Both the position numbers and the translations under genes were made by a program. The notes under the pieces are model-generated. The model had not been told where the DNA came from, did not search any database, and saw nothing but the letters and a program-made list of their open reading frames with translations. This document shows positions 14,052 to 27,600 of a stretch of 64,000 nucleotides of DNA, one piece after another. The stretch is from Blasia pusilla (taxonomy: Eukaryota), in the NCBI GenBank assembly GCA_050084515.1, contig CM114271.1:7812001-7876000 (forward strand), written 5' to 3'. The number at the start of each line of letters is the position of its first letter. The first letter of the stretch is position 1.

Positions 14052-14560
14052 AGCGGATGTTGTAGTGACAGATCCTACGCGGATGGCGGTGCGAGCTCAA
14101 GTGGTGGCACAAGGGAGATTGCTACAAGGAGCGGCGGCAGCAGCGGTAAAGAAAACCCACATTTATAGTTGACTTCATGACAAACATTGATTTATCCCCC
14201 TAGCCATTGAGATGTACGGGGCTATGGAGGAGAGGTTTGACTCGTTCCTTACGGATTGCGCCCATCATCTCCGGTCGAGAAATGGGTTGTCCTTAGCCAT
14301 TGCGATTCTTTATGGTAGGCAATGAATTTCCATAGCTTTGCAGCCAACCCAGGCAAATGGGCTTTTGCGACAAGCTCAGGCAGTTGGAGAGGCCAATGGT
14401 AGAGGCCCACTTGGTAGTGACCATAGTTCTATAAGTGTTGCTGATATGTTAGTGAGTTTGGTTGTTAGGGAGGAAGGTCCCCTTCTCTCTCCCTATGCCC
14501 CCCTCCTTTGTATCCTAATGGGTTTTCATGAAACGTTTCTATTAAAGTTTATATTCTATC
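14052..14560 (+). mobile_element. C-terminal restriction-like endonuclease part and 3' end of the CRE-like element
   Basis: Translates as ADVVVTDP...AAAAAVKKTHIY...FIPLAIEMYGAMEERFDSFL, the typical RLE tail of CRE-clade elements. Confidence 0.7.
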
Positions 14561-15469
14561 CAACCACTACTTTCATGACAATCTCCAAATTTGGTGGCAA
14601 TTTCCCATGGGGCCCAAATTTCATCCGAGTGATCAAAGCGGATCCTTGATTCCTGCTTGACCATCGGATCCAATAATTCGACGTGACGCCACGCGACATT
14701 GCGACCTGGCCCTTACGGAACGTAACAATGGTGGGGGTAACCGTAGAGCCACAGTGCGCCTCTCTGACTGGCCCCATTAATTGATTTGATCACTGTGAGC
14801 TCGGCAAACGAACGAACAAGCGATGCTCCGCTCAGCGTTACGAAAACCCGGGCTAGGCGAGCGATCCGAAGCCCATCACGCGAGCATCCGTCCGCAGGAC
14901 AGACAGAGAATCGCGTAGTGAGTGCTTGCCTCCCTGAGCAAACGTTGGCTTAGGACTCCAATAGTCCCAGGGTTGGAGTTTCAGAAAAGAGACGAAGACT
15001 TCTGGTGGAGAAAAATTGGGAGCAAATTCGAAGCAGAGAGCGAGAGAGGGAGAGGGAGAGAGAGAGAACTGTGGACGATGGCAGCTCGATAGAGTGAGGT
15101 CATTGGGGTGTGGGTTCTGCGTAGGTGGTTGGTGGGAGCTGGGAATCGGAATTGAGTGCGGACGGAGGAGAATTGGATCGGGAGGAATTTCAGGAGAGGG
15201 GTAGGATGTAGGGGAGCAGTGACAGCAGGGAAGTGGAAAACGAAATTTCATTCGCTGGGGGTTTTATATGGATGGTTTTTCTTGTCTGTGGAGATCGTGT
15301 GGTTGTCTGGGATTTGAGAAGTTCAGTTGTTGAGAGCTGCGAGCCGTCGGGTTTGAACTGGGACAGTTATGTTGTCGAACAGTTGAGCGTCTGCTTGGCA
15401 CCTACACCCGAGAACAGATGGGGACGGTGAAGAATCTTAGGAGGAAAACTTAGTGGAAGTCTCTTCGAA

Positions 15470-15619
15470 ATGGCTGTCTCTGAGATGGTGGACGCGGATA
15501 CCTCAAACGCGCACCCTTCACTGTATCTGGCGAAATGTGTTTTGCGAAGCAGTGTGGTGTTGCAAGCAGTGTATGGGCACATCCGCTCTTCATCCACTCT
15601 CGATCTTGTATTTGGCAAG
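15470..15619 (+). CDS. Host gene exon 1
   Basis: ATG through LVFGK, donor AAG|GT. Confidence 0.85.
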
Positions 15620-18600
15620 GTACGGAGAGATTTCTCTCGGTTGCTCATTTGAGAAATTGGAATTGTCGATCCCCGTCAGGTTGAACGAGAATGGTAGTCT
15701 CACAACGTAATTACTAGATACTGTAGGTTAGGGGCAGAGCAGGCGATAAAAGTCTATTCTTCTTGAAGGAGCAATCTGGCGACACAAAATTCATATATTG
15801 TGCCCTACTTGTAAATTTTCTGTTCAGTGGTGCTAATTCAATACAACAAGAGCTGTACGAAGGGTGATCTCTGTCTCTCGCACGCAGTATTTGGTCATCC
15901 TCTTTTTGAGTTGTAGAAAAATGTAGTCATTCAACTCTGGTAGCCCTTCATAGCTACCTGCTATTGCTGATTCCAGATTTTTTTACGAAAGCCTGGATAT
16001 TGGTTGCTGCGGAACTAGTATAAGAACTCTGAATTACACATGAATGGCTCCATGGAGTGTCGTCTGACCCAGACGGCATATGAATCGGAGGTGCTGATGG
16101 TTCACTTGATTTGCAGGAAACAGCTTTGGAACTAGCCGTGCTGAGTGAGGATGGGGTAGTTCAATCTGTCTGTGAACAACCTGTCTTTGGCACCATCCGA
16201 GATCTCAAGATACTGCCATGGAATGAGGAATTTCGTGCTTCGCAATCTCAGGTGTCAGCTGATTTGTGTATTTTCTATCACGTTTTGTGTGGGAATTGAT
16301 ATCATTAAAGTGCTTCTTATCAAACATCCAAAAAAATGATACCAACAATGTCTTTGTAGAAGTTCACACTGATGAAAGTTTAAGTGTGCAGATCTTGGTA
16401 ATTTGGGCAAAAGCATTTTTGAACCAAATGTAGCAAGAATAAAGGAGCGCACTTCGTTGAGATCTTGATTCTAAGAGCATTGTGTGTCGTGATCTGGAAG
16501 AATAATGTAGATTCTTTGCAAGTTAAGCTATTTTCTAGGCTGCCGGATGCCTGATTAATGCCAATCCTGTTTCACTCCCATTCCTGTACATGTCAAGGTT
16601 TGCCATCCACTGGTACCATGTGGTTATTAACAAGACTGTGCTTCTCTTAAAAAATTCAAAAGGAAGAGAATGCTTTTCTCCATGGGATGGGTAAAACAAG
16701 ACCGGGAGAGCACACAGGAGCGGAGCCCTTCCAGGCACTGTGTAAACATAAGTTGTGTCGGTGAGCAGTACCCTGTCTGTGGTTCAGAGATTATAATTTG
16801 ATTCTTTCGCATTTGGTGCAGCATTTTGGCAAGGATCTACTGGTTCTACTTTCAGATTCTGGGAAGCTTTCATTTCTCACATTCAGTATTGAGCTACACA
16901 GGTATGGCAACATTGAATCCATTTTAGTTAAAGATTGTTACATAAATGGTGTCTTCTAATTGACTTCCAGTGTATCTCAAGGAAGGACAGATGCAGATGT
17001 TCTTGTACTGTGGACTGTCTTGTTATCTGACTCCAGATCTTGGTAGCTTGCATAAATTTTGTTCTTCAGACAGGAGGTCTTCTCTTTTGTTACAGAGGTG
17101 ACTATCATGGAAGATAAGATCATCGTATTGAGAGAGTTGGTTGTGCACATTTTAAGAGCTGTTTCTATGGACTCTGGACCCAGGTTCTTGGCAGTTTCAC
17201 AGGCAGATCTGGATCTTCCCGGAAACTCAGGACAGGATCTTGGTCGTCTATTGGCAATTGAACCCAGGTAGGCTCCAGTCTTGTCCTCAGTTCTTTTGAG
17301 AAAGAGATACACCCATGTATCATATACACAGTTTGAGTTAGTTACTTAGAAACTGAAGTAATTTCATACAAATAATGAAGGTTGCTGGCCAACTATCATG
17401 AGAGGCGTTTGTTAATAATGAGGAATAGTCATGAGAGACTGTAAGCATTACTGGGCACAAGTGCGTTGAGCATAACAGGCATTTCTCATTTATATTTTGA
17501 ATCTCGAACTGGCTGATGAAGGGATTTCATGCTGCGTTCTGCTTGTCTATAAGTAGTTATTATACTTGAACCATGTTGAAGTAGTAAATATGCTTGAAAG
17601 TCAGAACTAGAGCACTTCAGCTGAATGTACTTAAGCAACTTTTTGAATGTTCAGATGGTTTCAAGACGTTTTAATTTGCCACAACTAATCGCACCACTGG
17701 TTAGAAATGTCTTATTCGGGAAATGTGCTCCTTGAATGTGGAGAAAATTCACCTAGTCCACATGTATGAGGCAGAATTTGTCTTCATCTCTGGTATTTTG
17801 GTGGTATTCTCTCAGGGGATCTGCAATTGCTGTGGCTTCTTTTGAGGGGAGCATCACTGTTTTCCTCACTTCTGCTGCTGCCGGGAATGATGTGGTGAAG
17901 AAGGTCAATAGCCAAGCTTATCTGTGAACATACTTGTCTTTGAACCAGATAACTCCTGGATTGGAAACTGTTCCAATCAGATCTCCAAACTCTTTCCTTA
18001 ATCAAAGTAGGGATACCAGTAGCATCACTGCGGACATCCATGAGGTCCGGTAGCTTTTACATTCTATGAGTAACTGTCAATTAGGTTTCATCACAACAGG
18101 ACAAGAACGTCATGTCTTTCCATTATCCAGAGTGGCTTCGCTGGATGCTTTCAACTACCACAGATGAAGTTTTGCATGAGACGCTTGCAGACTGGAGTTG
18201 AAGAACTCTCAGAAAATGGATGTGGAGAAAGGTGCCATTTTTTTTCTGGAATGCCTTAGAAAGGCACTCAGTCAGCATGGTTGTGAAAGCTATTCCAAAA
18301 CACTGCAGACAGTGATTTTCTCAATTCCTTCAGCCATTTGTGTTTGTTGCCTGGCAGAAATTGCTCTTTCCAAGCAGATCCACGATCCAAGCTGGTTTAA
18401 TTGAAAGTAAAGAGAAGTCATTTGCATTGGGGACCATCTGGAGTATGGCATTTGTTCAAAGTACTCAAGAATTGAAGCAGAGGGGAGATCCTGGAATGTT
18501 AATACTGGCGGTGCTGGCTCATAGGTGAGAGCTTCTCTATACCGGTTCCTCTTGTGGTGTGCAGCACATGAAAGAAAGTGAACTGTATCCTGAAGTTAAT

Positions 18601-21600
18601 TGTGCACATGATGTGACTTGAAGTTTCACAGCTATTTTTTTCTTGTGCTTTGCAGTGGTTTTTAATAAGAATGTAGACAGTATGGGGACCACAAACATTG
18701 TTGAGACAGAGAAAGCACAGCATGCACGATACCCATCAGTGCTAACTTGCAAGACACAGTAGGAGTCTTATGGCCATGTCGAGGCTAGCTCCCTGCATGG
18801 TTTCACCCTCACAACCTTCCATAAACACACTAAAGGCATGTTAGCTGATACTGGAACAAGAAAGAGTTATATCACCAAGCTATGACAAGCTCATACACAT
18901 GAGACGCAAGTAAAAACGAGCTGAACACTCAAGGAGATTCAGACTGCACTACAGCAGCATCCTGGTGGAAAGTTAGCGCTTCGCAATGGAGCAGATGTCA
19001 CTAAGTGAACAGAGCAACAAGCTGGGCATATATACTAGTGGGTTGGACGAGAAGGAGAGAAGGGAAGGAGGAAGGGGGCCAACCAGAGGCTCTGTTGCTG
19101 GATGAGGCTGCCCTAAAACGAACCCTAAGATATCTTTAGAAATGGGGCTGATAAACTCATTCCTCTAGAACAACCGTCCCTAAACTTAGAAGAGACTTCA
19201 GGCGCAATTATTTATTTATACCCTCTTCCTAGTGTACGGATCAGGGCAGGGACAAGTACAGTCCATACCCTTTGCCAACCATAGTTCTTAGCTGTGTTCT
19301 GTACACAATAAAATCCATATGTCTTGTGTTGGAATGTACTGCATTCTCAACATTTTTCAGTTTGAATAGATCCCAGTCTAAATAGCCATAATTATTTATT
19401 TATACCTTTCTTCTTACTGTACTAGATCAGGGCAGGGGCAACTACAGTCCATACCCTTTGCCAATCGTAGTTACTAGCTGAACTTCTATACACAATACAA
19501 TCCATATGTCTTGTATTTGGAAAGCACTGCATTCTCAGCACTCCTACTCAGGACATCTCCAAACGCAACCCAAATGTGCACAAACTTTTTTCATGTTTGT
19601 GTTTAGCTAACACCTTTATAAGAGCACCAGCAGCCATATGATCAGTGGTGATGAATTCCAAATCCACCTCCTTTCCAATCCGTTTTCTGATGAATTGGAA
19701 TTGTATGTGGATGTGCTTCGTTCTTGGATGATGTATTGAATTCTTGCTGAGGTGAATGCTGCTCATGTTATCCTCATAGATAAAAGTTGGTCCAGGTTTT
19801 CTGTGATCAACTTCTCCAACCTGATGACCTCCCTGGTGGCATGTGTCAGGGCCACATATACAGCCTCGGTACTCAACAATGAAACAGCTGCTTGCTTCTT
19901 ACTAGACCAGCTTACCGCTCCTCCAAATAAGAGAAAAAAATAGCCAGAAGTGGATGATCTGTCTTCTGGATTTCCACCCTAATCTGCCTCTGAGAATCTG
20001 ATCTGAGCAGGTCTTCCATGCTTGCTGTAAGTGAGCACAATTTCAGCCTTCCCCTTCAGGTAACTAAGTACTCTCTTGAGTGCAATCCAATATGGAAAGT
20101 AGGGACTGGCATAGGACCCCCACAACATAGGCTATATTTGGCCGTGTGCACACCACTCAGTACATCAAACTACCTACAGCACTTGGGAAAGGAACTTGGC
20201 AGACTGACTAGAGGACTCGGTTGAATCGGATGTGCTAAGATAATAGCAGACGATTCATGTCTTCTCTTCCTTCAGAAGTTATCTCTTCTGTAGCTTGAGT
20301 CCTGTCTAAATTGGTGTCCTAACATGCTTGCAGTTGTTCGTGGCGAACTTTTAAATTACCTTCTTCACATACTGAGACTGATCCAAACTTATACTTCCTC
20401 GCTCTCTGTTTCTGTTAATCCACATGCCTAACAAGTAATGCACAGGGTCTAAGTCCATCGCCTCAAAAGCTTTGCAAAGAGCTTTCTTTAAAAGCTTTTC
20501 AAAGTTTCAGAACTGGAACTGAGGATCAGGTGATTATCTATATTGAGAGCAATAATCATATGCTCCTTGGTCATGAAGTAGACACTATAATTTGATTTTG
20601 ATACCAGAGAACTGGTGCTTAACAAATATTCATCCATCTTTGTGTACCTGGATGTGTGCTTAAGACTAGAAATCGATTTGTTCTTTTGAAAATTGTTAAT
20701 ATCTAGTTTATTCATGCCCTAAAAGTAGTTAGTCAAATACGAACTTAGTTGGCTGGAGACAATTTAGAGCTCCTCTATCTTTTTAGGGTAATCTCGAATT
20801 ATGGCTAGCCACCATCACGTATTTAGGGTATGGATCCAGTCAAGAAGATCTAAGGGTCAGAAGTGCTCACCCCCATGTAAATATTGTCCCCACGTAGAGT
20901 CATAAGATAATTGTACTGTATGCACAGCTTTTGGTGAGGACTCCTGAGGCTCTTGGTGTGTCGTACAGCACTGGTCCTGTTGCAGAGTGATCCAAGAGAA
21001 TGAAGAGGAGATTGAGACAAAGTCCTGTGCTGTGTAGGAGGATTCTACACAGTCTTGTTCTGATGTGACTCTCCTTGTTATCCATCAGATACTAGATTTT
21101 TTCTTTTAGATCTCCCCTGAGTGAGGAAGGCAGTTTTCACGTCTATCTGCTCAACTTCCCAATCATGCTTAGCTGTGCACCTGATGGAAGTGAATTTTAC
21201 AACTAGTGCAAAGGTTTCATTGTAGTCTAGGCCTTCCACTCGACCACAAGTCTGGCCTTATACTTGGGACTCTCATTTTCGGGACCCTTCTTAACCGTAA
21301 AGATTTACTCCCAACGGCCTTTCAACCCTTCACAATCACATTAGACTTGACTTTCTGGATTTCTTCACTCACCTGGCCCTCAAGGTCTCTGAATGCATGG
21401 CTAGGCAGAATCAGGTTCAGATCGCTAAGTTCCTATGTGGGTGTGTGAAGACTAGGGAAAAATTACCTGGCGCAAAGGACCTAAGAGGTCCTTTGTTGTT
21501 GCTGGTACTCTTTTTTCAAGCTGCTTTAGGTTTAATATGTGATGGTGGCTAGCCGTAATTCGAGATTACCCTAAAAAGTTAGAGAAGCTCTAAATTGTCT

Positions 21601-24600
21601 CCAGCCAACTATGTTAGTATCCAGGTAAGTTAGTATTCGACTAACTACTTTTAGGGCATGACTAAACTAGATATTAACAAATTTCAACACAACCTCCCAA
21701 CAGAAATAAACACACTACGGGCACTTTCGCTGATATTGGATCAAGAAAGAGTTGTATCACCTAGGTATGACAAGCTCAAACACATGAGAAGCAAGTAAAA
21801 ACGAGCTGAACACCCAAGGAGATTGATACCGCACTGCAGCAGCATCGTGGTGGAAAGTTAGCGCTTCGCAATGGAGCAGATGACACTAACTGAACAGAGC
21901 AACAAGCTGTATATGCTAGTGGCTTGGATGAGAAGGAGAGAAGAGAAGGAGGAAGGGGGCCAACCAGAGGCTGTGTTGCTGGATGGAGGCTGGCCTAAAA
22001 CGAAACCTAAGATATCTTTAGAAATGGAGCTGATAACTCATTCCTCTAAGACAGCCATCCCTAAACTTAGAAGAGACTTCAGGCACAATTACTTATTTAT
22101 ACCCTCTTCCTAGTGTACTGATCAGGGCAGGGACAACTACAGTCCATACCCTTTGCCAACCATAGTTCCCAGCTGTGTTCTATACAAAATACAATCGATA
22201 TGTCTTGTGTTTGGAATGTACTGCACTCTCAACAGTTTGAAAAGGTCCTAGTCTAGATATGTAGTTTTGAATTCTGTGAGATTTATTATCTATGAGAAGA
22301 GGTCAAGGATGGCTCTACGCAATATGTGGGTTTGGAAATAGTCTTTAAGAAGTTTGAGCTGGGGTTGCAGAAGTCCGGAGGAGCAAGAAAAGAGACGGCA
22401 TAATTCACTCTTCTCTGTTAGATAAATACATTTTAGATAAAGGTATCAGGCGTAAACTAAATGTGTGTTAAAGGAAATATCTAATGCTGCTACTCTTAGT
22501 GGTCCTTCATCTAACTAAGATACTTGGCCTTTTGACTAAAAGAGCCACTTGGCACTGTATCTCACGTCCTACCTTTAGTGGTTCCCCACCTAGTCACTTG
22601 GCCTCTTGGCTGAAAGAGACGCTGTAAACACTAGTAGGCTATCTTGTCTCTAGCCACCATCCAGACTAGTATATAATCTGGGGCTTGGATGAGCATAGTC
22701 TATTAAGTTCTCCATAAAGTTTACACTCAGCTTTGCTATCGTATCATTGCCATTGTGTCATACATTTCTCATATATTCTCGAACATTCTCCAGATGGATC
22801 CAAGTCTGCTAGTGGTGGGCAAATCCGAGGGCAGGATGGTAGATTCCATGTCACCATTAAGTGATGTGGATGTAGTGCCTGATCAGGGGCTGATTGCTGC
22901 AGGTCTCAAAAAAGAATTGTGATTGTGGTTGAACAGCCTTGACCTGAAAGTGAGTCTTGAGAGGTTGGGACTTTACATTCAATCTTTCTGTAAGGAGAAA
23001 ATCTCCTTTCAATTTCAGGAGTATTACCTCATCTACTCTGTCCTCTTTATGCTGGATTGTGTTTTCCATTCAATCACAGATTGAGAGTAGAATCTACCAT
23101 CGAATTCTTACAGGGGCTAAATTTTGAACCTAGATTTCAATTCGAAAACCATGGCCAGTTGCCTAAGTAGCTGTGCGAATGGATTTCCTTGGAGTAGGTT
23201 CTCAGCTTTACTCGAGAATGTCACAGCATTCTGCTTCTGTAGAATTCTGGGAATAGAAAGTCCATGGACTTGCCTAGTCGTTTGTGGAAGGTACACTGCC
23301 ACTGTTTGTCTGTGAAGGCATCTTTCTTATGTCATCTGATTCCATCAGAGAAGCTAGGTCTAGAACAGTATCTGCCACTTGTGAACATCATTTCCATCCA
23401 GAGGTTTGTGTGGGGCTGTGATTGCATGACTTACAGAACTTAAGTGAGAATGCGTGCTTCTGTTTCTGCTTCCAGACTTTAGTCAAAAAATTAGGCTTAG
23501 ATAATCTGCCTTTAGCGCTTGCATGGTACACATTTGTTGTGACAAGTCCAAGTTGGCTACCTTTGAGGGGTGTGTAGCGTGCTATGGCACATTGTTGAAC
23601 CCGACTATCGTGGAGGTATGTGAAGTTATAGGGTTCGTCTTGTAGGGAGTTGAAAGTAGGACTTGCATGAGATTGGTCGGCACCTGTATTTACCATCTTT
23701 TCTTCCGTTTTCTTGAGTTTTTCTTTTTTGAAAAAGTGATGTCTGGATGATTATAGTATGAGATACTCTTGTACCTGGTTCTATGCTCCTTCATTCAAAA
23801 TATGGCTTCTTCATGATTCTACAAAATAAATGTTGCTAATTACTCCACGTCACAAACACTAAACAGAACTCTTTCAGTCCTTCTAGCACAGTTGGTAGTC
23901 ATGTGCTCGTTTGTGTAGTAGCTTGTTGTTTTAACTTGTTAGAACACTTTCAAACGGATTTCAATCGAAATGTGGAATTTCTTGTCCATGCAGGAAAGGA
24001 CATGAATCAAATGATATACAGGTTCTAAATTGTGACACCAGGGAGTGTACCATGCAGCTTTTAGCAACTTACAACCCATCTGGCACTATACCCGGTTCTC
24101 TCGCTCTGAATATAATTGAGTTTCCTGTTGTACCTGGGTACATACTTCTTGCCCGTTCCAGTGATTTGTTGCTTCTTGACTTGAGAAGTCCAAGCAGTCC
24201 TTGTGCTTCAACTGTTGTTTCCGTACAGGACCAGTTATCTGTTGAGGATGATGGGGAAGGTCAGGATACTTTGGCTGCATCTGCTCTTTTAGAGTTGTTT
24301 TCCAGGTTTCGAGAATCTTCTGAAGAGAGCTCTATTTGTAGTTGGAGCTGGCAGCCAGATGGTGGGGATCAACCTAAGTTAGTAATGGGTATGGATACAG
24401 GAGAAATTGCAATTGCCCAAGTCTTTATGGAGGGTTCTGAGGTGCACGTTCAGATTCATGAACGTCTGTACAGATGCTCACCTTGCCATTCACTTCTCTG
24501 GCTCAAAGGAGGGTTCATAGCTGCTTTGATAGAGATGGGTGATGGGCAAATACTGGCAGTAGTCGATGGTGGGCTGACCTTCCGGAGTCCTATCCAAAGT

Positions 24601-27600
24601 ATTGCCCCAATATTAGACTTTGCCTTGGTAGATTACCATGGAGAGAAGCAGGATCAAATGTTTGCATGCTGTGGTGTTGGCAGAGAAGGTTCGATTCGGG
24701 TCATCCGAAATGGCATCAGTGTAGAGAGACTGCTTAGTACACCACCTGTATATCATGGTGTGATGGGAACTTGGACACTTCGCATGTTTCTTGCAGACAA
24801 GCATCATTCTTTCTTTGTTATGTCTTTTGTGGAGGAAACACGAGTTCTCTCAATGGGCCTGAATTTTGTGGACATCTCAGATGCCGTGGGGTTCAATTCT
24901 TCAGCCAGTACGTTGGGCTGTGGGCTGATAGAAGATCAGTGGTTGGCTCAGATTTGCAGCAGAGAAGTGCTCATTTGTTTCCCCACTTTAGATGCGCATC
25001 CTGCAGGATGTGGTCGTTCTCTGCCCCTTGTGATGTCTTGGAAACCTAGTGGGGCTTGTATAAGCCTTGGGGCAGTGGCTAAAGGGAAGATTATCTTGGC
25101 CTTATCACAACCTGGTATGATTTTAATTTTGGGAACCAGATTCACATCATGTGGTGCTTATGAGCTGATGGAGATTCAGCAGTGTCGACTTGAGGCAGAA
25201 GTATCTTGCATCTCTATACCGGTTGAGGAGGAATTGGTTCCTATACCTCTTTCACCATCTATTGTTGGTTCAATGGAGGATAGCCGGGCAAGTGCACAAC
25301 TATGTGGTGTTGAGGTTGGAGAAATTTGTGTTATTGGTACTCACAAGCCATCTGTGGAGCTCTTGTCCATCAAAACTGGAGGGATCTTCAAGCCACTTGC
25401 AGTCGGGCTAGTACCTCTAGTCAATTCCATGGGGACTGCAATGGGTGGATGTGTACCCGAGAGTGTCAGATTGGCCCTTTTTGATCGGCTTTACATTCTT
25501 TGTGGATTGAGGAATGGAATGTTGCTGCGGTATGAGTGGCCTTGCCAAAGTAGTTCATCAGGGGATAGTTTCATGTCACTGCGATCTCCAGCACTCGCTA
25601 TTCCCAACTCCTTTTCCAAAGTTGTAGATGGGTCAGGTATCGTGAGACAAAATGAAGCTAAATCATCACAACCAGTGTATCTACATTTAGTTGCTGTTCG
25701 ACGAATTGGTATTTCACCGGTTTCATTGATACCTCTTCAAGCCTCATTACAGGCAGACTTAATTGCCCTAAGTGACAGGCCCTGGTTGCTGCAAACCGCA
25801 AGGCATAGTCAAAGGATAGCGTATACATCAATATCCTTCCAGCCATCGACACATGCCACGCCTGTCAGCTTACCCGATTGTGCAAGTGGGATTCTGTTCG
25901 TGGCTGATTGCAGCTTGCATCTGGTTTGTCTTTCATCCTGACCTTGTTGAGAATCTTTATAAATGAGCAGAAATAACGTTCTTTCTGTTTCATTCATCAG
26001 GAGATTGACATAAGGCATAGATTAAGTGGACCTTAGGATGCATTCTTCCCATGTGACCTTTATATTTTAATGAGATGGGTAGTAGTGGTAAGTCGGAACA
26101 ATTGCAAGTTTACCAAAAAGACATTATTTGCTGAACTATTTTGAGACGTTTTTATTCATGCACAGATCCGAAGATAAAGCCTCTAGTAGTAGTCCCAAGA
26201 GTGAGAATTCTATGCAGATTGTAGATTTGAGATTGTCCTCTTGTTTTTTGATGTAGGTGGAAATGGAACATTCGAAACGCTTAAATGTACAAAAGCTACC
26301 TCTAGGCCATACACCACGCCATGTTTTATATCATGCAGGGACCAAGATGTTGATGGTAATGCGTAGTGAACACTCAGTCTCAGATATCTGCTGTGTTGAT
26401 CCACTTAGTGGAACAATACAGTCTTGCTATCAGTTGGGGGAAGGTGAAACACCTAAATGCATGCAACTGTGGCAGCTTGGCGGAGAGCAGTTAGTGCTGG
26501 TTGGCACAGGTCTCACAGAAGGAAAATCAATGATGGCCAATGGTGAGCCTGAAAGGTATGCCCACCTTGGTGTTTGAGGCTTCATAAACATGTAGATTTG
26601 CCAACAGTTTTACGCAAGTTAATTATTTTGTTCTCTGAACCTTGATTAGATATCGCATATTGATTTCCTTACTGATGAGATGAAAAGGTCTTCCTGGGTT
26701 AATCTTCTTGTGTTAGTGATGATGGAAGGGCTGCGACCCATCTATTTTCTCTTCAAGTATGACCACAAATCTCCTTGGTCATCAAGTGGAGAAATGCATG
26801 TGTAGGTGAGTTTTGACAGCATTCAAATAAGATTGCTGTCTCTCCAATTCTGTAAACTATACAGAATGAGGTCTGCTACACCCGTTTCTACTGACACTTT
26901 TCTCCTCATTTCCTCTATATTAACAAAGTTTTGGTCTCTTGAGTGCAGCTCAAAGGGTCGGTTGCTGATTTTTCGTATAGAGTCCAAAGGTGAAGCCGGA
27001 AAAAGCAAGGGAGTTCCTGTCGTAGGATTCATGCCATGCTTTGCTCCTGAATCATCCTCGAGTGCTTCCTCCCAAACTATGGTGATTGGTGACTCTTCAT
27101 CTGCTGATGAGGTTGGGGGAGATGAGCACAGAATCGCTGAATGTGAAGGGTGGCAGCTGACTGTGATAGGGCAAATATATTTGCAGGGCATGATTCTTGC
27201 TGTCTGCCCATACCTTGATCAATATGTACTCGCTTCAGCAGGCAACAGTGTAAGTTATCCCGAGGGAGATAGGTCTCAAAATGGAAGACATTACGTTGAG
27301 TTTGGGATTTGTATGTACTAGACTATGATTCCTTCAATTGTGTCCAACTGTCAAATTGAAGTACTCAAACCTGGCAGGTGGCAGTTTTGCTCTTCTTTTG
27401 CTTTAGTGTGGTTTAGTCTTTTTCCATATTCTTTGGTGTGGGTCAGTAAAACCAGCCAAGTCTGTCATGGTCTATACTCATCACTGCTGGATTGTGAAGA
27501 CAAGACATGACTCTCTAATTCTGTGTAGTTCAGCAAATCTGTATAGCAACTCAAAGGCTATTGTGTGAATCGCGTGCATCTGATTTGTTTTCGGAGATCT

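Noticed and set aside
14853-15430. Short ORFs upstream of the host gene
   Set aside because: Low-complexity, purine-rich promoter/5' UTR sequence with no recognisable domain.
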